Shown: positions 29,006 to 37,828 of the stretch, piece by piece | Layout: the number at the start of each line of letters is the position of its first letter | Position numbering within the stretch: the stretch's first letter is position 1 | Assembly: GCA_965242965.1 (NCBI GenBank) | Contig: OZ251518.1 | Coordinates: 1,376,001-1,440,000 of the forward strand | DNA from: Candidatus Poribacteria bacterium | Lineage (GTDB): Bacteria; Poribacteria; WGA-4E; WGA-3G | DNA length: 64,000 nucleotides | Reading direction: 5' to 3' | Notes under the pieces: model-generated | Told to the model about the DNA's origin: nothing | The model's input: the letters and a program-made list of their open reading frames with translations, nothing else | The model's database searches: none | Translations under genes and position numbers: made by a program

Positions 29006-32000
29006 CTACTTCCGAATCACCATCTTCCGCGTCGCAGAAAACTCTCCCGCTGACAACGTATAGAAATAGACCCCACTGGCAACAGACTCACCCGCCGCAT
29101 TCCGGCCATCCCAATACGCCGCACGACTCCGACTTGCATAACTCCCGGCACGCCGATGCCCGAGATCCAACATCCGAACCACCCCACCATTCGCCGCATA
29201 AATCGTCACCGTCACCGCAGCAGGTTTCGACAACTGATACGGAATCCACGTCTCCGGATTGAACGGATTCGGATAGTTCGCGAGCAGCAGCGTCTTATCC
29301 GGAACCAGTAGCGCAAGAAAGCCTTCTAATTTTGCTATCCCACGCCGAAACGCAGGAGAACCTGTGTTCGCCGCATACAAAAAATTCAGAGCCCACTCCA
29401 CCTTTTCAAGCGTGAGTCCTGCGGGGAGTGCCGCCTGTGACGGTGCAGCCGCCTCTCCCTCACCGAGGCGGCCAGCAACAAGCGCGAAATCTTCACCATC
29501 AACAACCCCATCCCCATTCACATCCGCGCGAGGGTTCTCAACAGGTTTGCCCATCGCTAGCGCGACGATGGCCAAATCTGCCAGGTCTGTCACACCATCG
29601 CCGTTCACATCCGCGACGAAATGCGGTGCTGCTTCGGTTGCAACCGCCATAAACAACACCCAAGACCGAATCCCCTCCGAAGTCGCCTTGACTTTATTCA
29701 CGCTTTCAGCCCTACCCAGCGTGAGGGTTACCCGCGCTTTGCCGCGCGCATCTGTCTTCACCGTTTTGGCACTGAGCCTCCCACCGCCTCCAAGGATATC
29801 AAATTGGACTGTCCTGCCGACTATCGGCTTACCGTGTTCATCCATCGCCTCCACGACAAAAGGGTTTGGCAATGCTGTGGCACCCGCGCCTTCTTGCCTA
29901 TCCCCAGAAACTTTCAACAAGGCAGGATGCGCGACGTTGTCAAATTCCACCTCTATCCCCTTCGCCTGCAACGCGGGAATATGCGTGTGGATAGAAGCGT
30001 AACTTAGCGGACAGCCTGTTAGGCGCAGCCCAATGCTGCCCCAGCCGGGCAGACTCAACCCTAGCAAGGGCGACACATCTGATACTGCGGTGGAGTTGAG
30101 ATACAGCCACTCCAAGTTTGTAAGGTTCGCCAGCGCAGAGACATCCGAGACACCGGTGCCGCCGAGATTCAGCCCCTCCAAGTTTGTAAGGTTTGCCAGC
30201 GCAGAGACATCCGAAACATCGGTTTTCCAGAGACCCAGAGACTTCAAGTTTTTGAGACTTGCCAGCGCAGAGACATCCGATACACCCGTGTCGGAGAGAT
30301 TCAGCCCCTCCAAGTTTGTAAGGGTTGCCAGCGAAGAGACATCCGAAACATCGGTGTAACTGAGAGACAGCGTCTCCAAGTTTGTGAGGGTTGCCAGCGC
30401 AGAGACATCCAAAACATCGGTGCCGCTGAGATCCAGCATCTCCAAGTTTGTCAGGGTTGCCAGCGAAGAGACATCCGAGACTAAAGTGCCGTTGAGATAC
30501 AGCATCTCCAAGTTTGTGAGGGTTGCCAGCGAAGAGACATCCAAAACATCGGTGCCGTTGAGATACAGCATCTCCAAGTTTGTCAGGGTTGCCAGCGAAG
30601 AGACATCCGAGACGGCGGTGTACCAGAGATTCAGCTCCACCAAGTTTGTAAGGTTCGCCAGCGCAGAGACATCCCGCAAGCCAGAAATTCCCGTTAGATT
30701 TAACTCTTCCAGGTCTGTTAACCTTTCAAGCGGTGAAAAATCGGATATTGCATTACTGTTGACAAGGCCGCTGTCAGTGTATTCACCACTCAGATCTACT
30801 TCTCTCAAATTGGCTGCATGCTCCAGCCCGGTGAGGTCTTTTATCCCGCGATCGCGGGCTCCAAGTCCAACGAGACCAAGGATGGAATGCGTTGTGACAG
30901 GCTCATTGGAAGTTAGAAAGAGTTCCTCACGGATGGCAGCGGCTAAATTTGGGTCAGGAATGGAGACAGGGGCTAAAGGCGGCAACTCGCGCAGAAAATC
31001 AAGATTCCGAATGTAGTACTTCCCCAGAACTAGCCTCTCCAGATTTGTTAAGTCCGACAAGGGTGAGAGATCGGAGATTGCATTACTGTTGACATATCCC
31101 TCGCCGCTGATGTATTCCGCACTCAGATACACTTCTGTCAAATTGACTGCATGCTCCAGCCCGGTGAGGGATTTTATGCCGCGATTGCGGGCTTCAAGTT
31201 TGACGAGGTTGAGGATGGAATGCGTTGTGAAAGTCTCACCGGAAGACATATTGAGTGCCTCACGCACCGCCGCTGCCAAATTTGAATCCGGGATAGAGAC
31301 AACTTTGGCAGGTGGCAGCAGGGAGGCGACATCAATTGGAAAACCTCTACCAACGCTGTCACCGTCTATACCAATAATCTGAAGGGCTACCGATTTAGTG
31401 TCGGGTGCTAAAGTGGTGACGAATTCAACGGTACTGCTGGTGGGATTTCCATCAATTCGCTTACAACCAATCAAACCACCAGAGTTAAAAGCGTATCCAT
31501 CACGCGCCCACTTTTCGTGTATCAGCAACCTCGCTTGATAGAGGGACCCGGCGGGTGCGGTTACCGTAAAACGGAGCCGGATGGCATTCGGTGGTGCAGC
31601 AAGGGTTGCGGGGAGCATCTGAATAGTGGCACGTGTGTCCCTCCGAACAACTGTAGGGTTGAAAGCAGGATGAACACCTAACCATGCAGCAAAGCAGGGA
31701 GATAACTCGTCGTTAGATCCATAACTCATGATATACCGATTGTCGCGAAAATCGTGATAGCCCATGCCAAACGCATGCCCTAGTTCATGCGCGATAGTGG
31801 ACCAATCCCAACAATAGATGTCTGCACCGCCCCCGTTATAAGGAGATCCGCCACCGTGTCCACACCCCCCGGCCGGAAGTTTTTCTTCGCCACCGGTATC
31901 TATCATAGTGACAGTGATACTCTTGTAAGGGATATAAACTTGTTCGTTGATTTCTTCATTCCAAGAGAGGTTCTGTTGATAATGGGCATACGGAAATTTT

Positions 32001-33151
32001 CCGTTGACATGATGCACCACAGCGTTGCCGTTTGCGTCGGCTTCAAACTGAAACGTTTTTCTCCCGAACCCGTGGCGTTCCATCTCGTCGGCATAGAAAC
32101 GCTGGGCTCCCTTGATGAGTGCATCAATTGTTGCGTCTACGCTAGGACGGACAGGTCTGTCGCTGGGCCGGAAGTAGATGAGGGACACAAGGCTTGGAAC
32201 CCCCGGTAAGTGGATTGGCTTAAACGGATCGAATTCAACTTGTGTTCCGTTTAGTTGGATGGCTGGGATATGCGTTTGGTGTGCCGCTGCATTTAACGGG
32301 CAGTCCCTGAGATCCAGTTGTTCCAAGTTTGTAAGGCGTACCAGCACCGAGACATCCGAAACTGCGGTGCCGTTGAGATACAGCCTCTGCAAGTTTGTAA
32401 GGCGTGCCAGCGAAGAAACATCCGAGACATCGGTGTGCTGGAGACCCAGCCTTTCCAAGTTTGTGAGGCGTGCCAGCGCAGACACATCCGATACATCGGT
32501 GGTGCTGTGGAGATACAACCTCTCCAAGTTTGTAAGGGGTGCCAGCGCAGACACATCCGAGACTAAAGTGGCGGTGAGCTCAAGCGTCCTCAAGTTTGTG
32601 AGGGTTGCCAGCGCAGACACATCCGATACATCGGTGCCGCCGAGCTCAAGCGTCCTCAAGTTTGTGAGATGTGCCAGCGAAGAGACATCTGATACACCGG
32701 TGTTGAGGAGCCGCAGCCTTTCCAAGTTTGTGAGGTGCGCCAGCGCAGACACATCCGAGACTGCGGTGCCGTAGAGATCCAGTTCCTCCAAGTTTGTAAG
32801 GGATACCAGGGGCGACAAATTGGATATCGGATTATGATGCAACTCATTGTTAACGTTATCCCAAATCCCGCCAAGATACAACTCTGTCAGATTGACTGCG
32901 TATTCCAGGCCGGTGAGAGCTGCTATCCCACGGCCTGGTGCATCAAGCCGCGTTAAATTGCGCAGTTCATCCGACGTGATTGCTGCGCCGGGTGGCAGGC
33001 CGAGGGTTTCACGAATGGCTGCGGCTAAGTTGGCATCCGGAATGGACACCACTTCCCCTGCCGCTTCTACTTGGGCAGTGGTGTTCGTGACGCTCAGCAA
33101 AAGTGTGGTCGTTAAGAGTAGTGCCAAGACGGTAATGAGGTTCTTTTTCAT
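29006..33151 (-). CDS. Secreted internalin-like LRR + metzincin-like peptidase + Ig-like + dockerin-like + C-terminal sorting domain protein
   Basis: IPDANLAAAIR caps; 22-aa LxxLTNLExLxLxxTxVSDVS repeats; HELGHAFGMGYH...IMSY; DVNGDG x2; LLANYPNPFNPETWIPYQL. Confidence 0.9.
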   Translation of the reverse strand: MKKNLITVLALLLTTTLLLSVTNTTAQVEAAGEVVSIPDANLAAAIRETLGLPPGAAITSDELRNLTRLDAPGRGIAALTGLEYAVNLTELYLGGIWDNVNNELHHNPISNLSPLVSLTNLEELDLYGTAVSDVSALAHLTNLERLRLLNTGVSDVSSLAHLTNLRTLELGGTDVSDVSALATLTNLRTLELTATLVSDVSALAPLTNLERLYLHSTTDVSDVSALARLTNLERLGLQHTDVSDVSSLARLTNLQRLYLNGTAVSDVSVLVRLTNLEQLDLRDCPLNAAAHQTHIPAIQLNGTQVEFDPFKPIHLPGVPSLVSLIYFRPSDRPVRPSVDATIDALIKGAQRFYADEMERHGFGRKTFQFEADANGNAVVHHVNGKFPYAHYQQNLSWNEEINEQVYIPYKSITVTMIDTGGEEKLPAGGCGHGGGSPYNGGGADIYCWDWSTIAHELGHAFGMGYHDFRDNRYIMSYGSNDELSPCFAAWLGVHPAFNPTVVRRDTRATIQMLPATLAAPPNAIRLRFTVTAPAGSLYQARLLIHEKWARDGYAFNSGGLIGCKRIDGNPTSSTVEFVTTLAPDTKSVALQIIGIDGDSVGRGFPIDVASLLPPAKVVSIPDSNLAAAVREALNMSSGETFTTHSILNLVKLEARNRGIKSLTGLEHAVNLTEVYLSAEYISGEGYVNSNAISDLSPLSDLTNLERLVLGKYYIRNLDFLRELPPLAPVSIPDPNLAAAIREELFLTSNEPVTTHSILGLVGLGARDRGIKDLTGLEHAANLREVDLSGEYTDSGLVNSNAISDFSPLERLTDLEELNLTGISGLRDVSALANLTNLVELNLWYTAVSDVSSLATLTNLEMLYLNGTDVLDVSSLATLTNLEMLYLNGTLVSDVSSLATLTNLEMLDLSGTDVLDVSALATLTNLETLSLSYTDVSDVSSLATLTNLEGLNLSDTGVSDVSALASLKNLKSLGLWKTDVSDVSALANLTNLEGLNLGGTGVSDVSALANLTNLEWLYLNSTAVSDVSPLLGLSLPGWGSIGLRLTGCPLSYASIHTHIPALQAKGIEVEFDNVAHPALLKVSGDRQEGAGATALPNPFVVEAMDEHGKPIVGRTVQFDILGGGGRLSAKTVKTDARGKARVTLTLGRAESVNKVKATSEGIRSWVLFMAVATEAAPHFVADVNGDGVTDLADLAIVALAMGKPVENPRADVNGDGVVDGEDFALVAGRLGEGEAAAPSQAALPAGLTLEKVEWALNFLYAANTGSPAFRRGIAKLEGFLALLVPDKTLLLANYPNPFNPETWIPYQLSKPAAVTVTIYAANGGVVRMLDLGHRRAGSYASRSRAAYWDGRNAAGESVASGVYFYTLSAGEFSATRKMVIRK

Positions 33152-33772
33152 TTGCGTGGATTTTCTTGTGAGTTGTCGCGGCAACGGTTTTGGACGCGTG
33201 CCGCGGGGTTTCGGATAAAGGTTTTATGAAAAGATAACAAATTCCGCAATTAAAATCCAGATTTTTTATTGCGTTGCCAAGGCAGACCGGTAGGAGAGAC
33301 CTCCTGGTCTCGATTTTTCCAGTCGGTGCGCCGTCCCGCTCACGATGCAAGCGATGTCCCCGTAGGAGAGACCTCCCGGTCTCGATGCAATAGGGCGGCG
33401 CGCCTACCGGGGCAGCGGCGGCAGAAGCCACCTTGAAAAAACGTCTTTAAGGTCCGTAGGACCTTAATGTCTATAGCACGCGCACCTGCGAAGAATCCTA
33501 AGGTCCTTTAGGTCCTTAATAGCTTTTGCCATGCGGCGCGTGTTTTTATTAAGGACCTAAAGGACCTTGAAAACGGAACGACACGTGTTTCTATAGACAG
33601 GTAGGACCTAAAGGACTTAAAACGCTACCTCTTGACGATGGAGTTCGCGGGGGCCTGTCCCCCGCGCTACGGGAACATCGAGACCAGGAGGTCTCTCCTA
33701 CGGGAAAGACATCGAGACCAGGAGGTCTCTCCTACGGGAAAGACATCAATATATGAAACACACTCAGGTTAT

Positions 33773-35443
33773 CTACGCAAAACACCGTTCCCAGCGCGGG
33801 AGGAATCCCTCTGTCACAAACTTGTCAAGCTGCCAGAGATGCTTTTGCGGTGCCCTCTGAAAAAAGGTGCCCATTGCCAAGACGAGCGTATCGCTGAAAC
33901 CGTGCGCGCTTTCAACTTGGGACAGCGTTTCATAAGTCTGCAAAAGTGCCGTGTGGATGCGGAGAAAATTCAACGCGGCGAGGCTGAAAGCGTTCAGTTT
34001 CAGGTGCCCATCCGCGGTCTTCTCCCAATGCCATTCAGGTTGATAGAGCCTCTCCAGTCGCACTTTACAGCATTGCACGGCTTCCGCAATCACCTCGGTT
34101 GCAACAGGTTTTTGCAATTGGCTTGCCAACTTTTGCTGTAAAGTGCGCTGCGCCGCCGCGCAGGTTATCCACTTCTGGAATCCCTCCGATGCATGCGCGA
34201 AGCACTTGCGAAGATCAGCGAGAGTTAAGTCCAACTTACTCGGAAAAGCCTTGAGCAGCGAGGAACTTGGCAGCAGATGCGCCTGTTCGGGATATTGCAT
34301 CAAAAACTTATACTCCACTGCATCCGCTAAAAGTTCCGCGACGATGGGCGTGAAAGCGACAATGGAACGTTCATAAAACTCGGCATCTATGAATTGCCGG
34401 AGTTTCGTCCGATTAAGGCAGACTTCTCCCGAATCGGTGGTGGTGAACGCCTCAGCAAAAGTGGTGGGCTCGCCTAAAACCGAAGCTTCCTCAGCCAAAG
34501 AGAGCGGCCGATGAAAACTCGCCAATTGCCGATACGGCTCTTCAAAATCAAGAAGACATTCCTGCCACTGATGCCCCCAAGTATCGTGAATGAGGAACTG
34601 ATCCAGCGTATCTAACGGCAGGAAGCCTATCATCCGCGTCAGCAGGAGTGTGGTTAATTCAACCGAGAGCCCCGCATTCTCGGCGAGGCACTGCCGCAAA
34701 GCGAAGTCCACCTTTTCGGCATCAAAGGTGCTGAAAACGGGGAAGTGCGCGAAGGGCTCTACCTCCCAAATTCTTTGGAGAAATTGGACAGTCGCTGCAG
34801 GTAAACCCTCCTTCTTTGCACTTGCTACCGTGGGCAGACAGAAATAGAGCGCGGAGGCAGTTTTGACTAGTTTTACCTCGCCTGCATGAAAAGGCGCGTC
34901 GGGGAACAAACACCGAAAAAAGCGCAAGACTGCGGCATCTAAATCGGCGGCATCGGATACCAGCTCGAACCGCGTCTCTAACCCTCGCATAATCTGGTGC
35001 CGCCAGGCAAGCGGCGCGGTGCGGCCAGTGAGTTGCCACGCCAACGCATCCATCGCTGTTGCATCCAGTCCAAATACCTGTTGGAGCCGGTGCTTCAGTT
35101 TCTCCCTTTCGGTTGGATTCGCGGGTGCATCGGGTGTAAAGCGGCAGAAAATTTGAGAGCCCGCCGTATCAAGATTTTCAATCTCTGGATGATGGACAAG
35201 TGCCGGATACCGCTCAAGCGATAGCCAGACAGCTTCAACAAAAGCAGCGTCAACATCAGGAACGCTAACGCACTGCCTTGTATCGCGGCGCATGACTTCG
35301 GAGGAGGCAGACACCAAATCAGCATGCGTCTCAAGCACGTCGGCTTTCTTCTCCTGCGCGCTTGTCTCAAACGCCTTCAAATGCTCTAAGACATTTTCCC
35401 AATGGCAGGAGATATGATGCGCGCGCGAAGTATAGGTGTTCAT
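33773..35443 (-). CDS. Hypothetical protein with HDxxGHxxxE motif (possible metal-binding hydrolase)
   Basis: Start MNTYTSR with GGAGG RBS; FLIHDTWGHQWQE and ELLAD. Confidence 0.7.
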   Translation of the reverse strand: MNTYTSRAHHISCHWENVLEHLKAFETSAQEKKADVLETHADLVSASSEVMRRDTRQCVSVPDVDAAFVEAVWLSLERYPALVHHPEIENLDTAGSQIFCRFTPDAPANPTEREKLKHRLQQVFGLDATAMDALAWQLTGRTAPLAWRHQIMRGLETRFELVSDAADLDAAVLRFFRCLFPDAPFHAGEVKLVKTASALYFCLPTVASAKKEGLPAATVQFLQRIWEVEPFAHFPVFSTFDAEKVDFALRQCLAENAGLSVELTTLLLTRMIGFLPLDTLDQFLIHDTWGHQWQECLLDFEEPYRQLASFHRPLSLAEEASVLGEPTTFAEAFTTTDSGEVCLNRTKLRQFIDAEFYERSIVAFTPIVAELLADAVEYKFLMQYPEQAHLLPSSSLLKAFPSKLDLTLADLRKCFAHASEGFQKWITCAAAQRTLQQKLASQLQKPVATEVIAEAVQCCKVRLERLYQPEWHWEKTADGHLKLNAFSLAALNFLRIHTALLQTYETLSQVESAHGFSDTLVLAMGTFFQRAPQKHLWQLDKFVTEGFLPRWERCFA

Positions 35444-35537
35444 GAACGCCTCCAAAGCACTGCAGTAAACGGGTTCTCCCCGTGCAGGGAGAACCCGCCT
35501 ACCGTAACGAACCGTTTCAGAGCGAGCCTTACGGTAT

Positions 35538-36380
35538 TCACAGCGGTAACTCCGAATCGGTACTCGCCGGTTGCTTCTGTGGTTCAGTTTTCTGCGCCGG
35601 GGCGGTGTCCGTCTGCTGCGCGCCGAAGATGAGGGAGTCGAATTCATCGGAGGCGGCCGTTGTGCGTGCAGCGGTGAGGAATTCTTCCTCTTCGGTGCGC
35701 GTATCGGTGCCGGCCAACTCCTGCGCTACTTTCGAGCGTCCCTTCGCCTTCTCGCGAATCTCGCGCATCCGCGTCAACTCCGCCGAGGTGCCATCCATAC
35801 TGATACCGGAGAGCATGTCGGCGATATCCTCCTGCTCGCGGGCGGTAATCAGATCGGCGACAGCCTCAGACTGCTCTGTCTTAATCTTATTCAGATCGCG
35901 ATGGAGCGACGTTATCTGAAGTTTATGCGCTTCGATATCCTCCTGGGCGCGCTCAATATCCGCCTCCAACTCAATAACGCGCGCGTTTTTCTCCTCCAAC
36001 GTGGAGTGAAAATCGTTGTAGGCGGTGACACAGCGGACGTATTCCGAATCCTGCTTGACTTCCTCCGGGCCCATCCCGGAACGCTGCAGTTCGGTAGCCG
36101 TAGTCTTCGCCTTAGCAATCGCGCCCGATTTCAGGTCTTCCAGACGGTTAATGTCGTCTGTCAGACCCTTGAGCGTGCCTTTTTTCTGTTCCACAAGTGC
36201 CATGAGCTGGCCGATGGCCTGCTTATAGCGTTGGACATTCCCCTGCTTCTCGCGGATAATATCTTCATACGCGCCGCGCACGGCTTCGGGGTTCTCCATC
36301 ATCCTATCGGCCGATTCGTGTGCGCGGCCGGTAAGCGTATACCAAATCGCTTTGAAAAAACGGGTGATTCCGTTTGACAT
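35538..36380 (-). CDS. PspA/IM30 (ESCRT-III-like) family coiled-coil protein
   Basis: Amphipathic N-terminus MSNGITRFFKAIW, ENPEA (compare PspA EDPE), long coiled coils, acidic C-terminal helix; AAGGAG RBS. Confidence 0.65.
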   Translation of the reverse strand: MSNGITRFFKAIWYTLTGRAHESADRMMENPEAVRGAYEDIIREKQGNVQRYKQAIGQLMALVEQKKGTLKGLTDDINRLEDLKSGAIAKAKTTATELQRSGMGPEEVKQDSEYVRCVTAYNDFHSTLEEKNARVIELEADIERAQEDIEAHKLQITSLHRDLNKIKTEQSEAVADLITAREQEDIADMLSGISMDGTSAELTRMREIREKAKGRSKVAQELAGTDTRTEEEEFLTAARTTAASDEFDSLIFGAQQTDTAPAQKTEPQKQPASTDSELPL

Positions 36381-36512
36381 TTTTCTTAACTCCTTATATC
36401 TGATACTAAATTGCGTTCTATGAATAGTCGGCGCAAAGCCGTCTTTAACCATCGAGACCAGGAGGTCTCTCCTACCGGAATGCATCGAGACCAGGAGGTC
36501 TCTCCTACCGGT

Positions 36513-37283
36513 CTATGCGTCTAATTCGGCACCTGATTCATCGGGCGCGAGGGAACGAATCTGTTCATCAACCTGCTTTGCAAAAGCGAGGCTTTTGTCT
36601 AGTTCATCCCGGAGCCGCGCGAGTTCTGTCTCTTTGCTCTCAGGACCGAGGGTTAGCACCCGCGCGTAGAGCTCGGAGAGTTGCAAAATCGTCTGCTGAA
36701 CGTCCGCGATTTGCTGTTCCCTGTGGTGCGCTAGCACACTTTTGACGGTAGCCCCTAACTGCGCGTTTCTCGTCTTTTCGTGCATTTTAAGCGAATCTTT
36801 CAGGCATTGCACCGCCTGCGCAAAGAGCTGAGAGACTTTATCGGTAATCTCCGCGGAAACGAGGAGCGGCAGCGTTCCCATCCACGTCCCACTGCGCGCC
36901 TCTTCCTGAAAAGACTGATGCAAGGCGCGGAGTTCTTGGAGCATCATCTCCGTTCGCGCATCGCCATCCGCCGCCAATTGCTGATGTAAGGCGTTCAGTT
37001 CCGCCTCCTGCTTCTGGTTTACCTCGTTAAGGAGCTCCTCATGCACCTGCTTGGCGATGTCATCGGTGCCGGTGGCCCACTTGGTAATTATCGCACCTAT
37101 TGGCACACAGATACCGAGCACCGCGCTTGCAAAAGCGTAGAGAATCCCCGGCTCTAAATTGAGCACCCAAGAGGCAAATGCGATGGATACCCCCGCAGCA
37201 AACGGGAAGACGACGTAAGAATTGCCGATAAAGTGCAGTAGGAATTTCTTCCGGAACAACTTCTGATCGATCACCTTTTTCAC
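36513..37283 (-). CDS. Membrane protein, two N-terminal TM helices plus helical cytoplasmic domain
   Basis: Hydrophobic segments YVVFPFAAGVSIAFASWVL and ILYAFASAVLGICVPIGAII, then coiled helices; GTG start. Confidence 0.7.
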   Translation of the reverse strand: MKKVIDQKLFRKKFLLHFIGNSYVVFPFAAGVSIAFASWVLNLEPGILYAFASAVLGICVPIGAIITKWATGTDDIAKQVHEELLNEVNQKQEAELNALHQQLAADGDARTEMMLQELRALHQSFQEEARSGTWMGTLPLLVSAEITDKVSQLFAQAVQCLKDSLKMHEKTRNAQLGATVKSVLAHHREQQIADVQQTILQLSELYARVLTLGPESKETELARLRDELDKSLAFAKQVDEQIRSLAPDESGAELDA

Positions 37284-37448
37284 CGAGCTCTAACGTTTTT
37301 TTGCAACTTGCAAATCCATTATGACACATTATCGCATATTGTTTAGAAAATTGCAAGGAAAATTGCAAAAAACAACTTGACAAGCATCAGAATTTCTGAT
37401 TAAATAAAGGTAGCGAATGCAACAAAGAAGAAACAGGACTAACCTAAT

Positions 37449-37800
37449 TGAGGGTGTTTCATAAATTGCTCAACGTCGCGGGCGAAACTCTCTCGGATGC
37501 GCGTGTGGCATCCGAGGCCCCCCGCGCTACGATGAAAAAACGTCTCCCCTTCCCGTAGGGCGAGGGCCTGTCCCTCGCCATGCGTTTTGGTGTCAGACCG
37601 CATCCCCCTGTAGATCAGGATCGCCTGATCCTGATCCGTTCGGGATCTGGCGATCCCGAACTACAGAGGTGGGCCCGATGCCTGCCGGTAGGAGAGGCAC
37701 AACCCTCTAGTTTGCGAGCACCTAACGTCTGGCAGCATTGGGACTAGGAGGGCTCTCCTACGGGGAAGCCATCGAGACCGGGAGGTCTCTCCTACCGGGG
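37449..37800. repeat. REP-like cluster with GAGGGTGTTTCATAA end
   Basis: Near copy of the 1445-1815 cluster. Confidence 0.8.
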
Positions 37801-37828
37801 ACGTTCTGCGTCCGTCCCAGAAAATGAC

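Larger units (their letters stand above)
28312..33765. mobile_element. Candidate non-autonomous composite element carrying the LRR gene
   Basis: Inverted ends GAGGGTGTTTCATA (28312) and TATGAAACACACTC (33752-33765); inverted ~180-bp palindromic modules inside both ends; flanking direct repeat AGGTTATC at 28303-28310 and 33766-33773. Confidence 0.5.
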
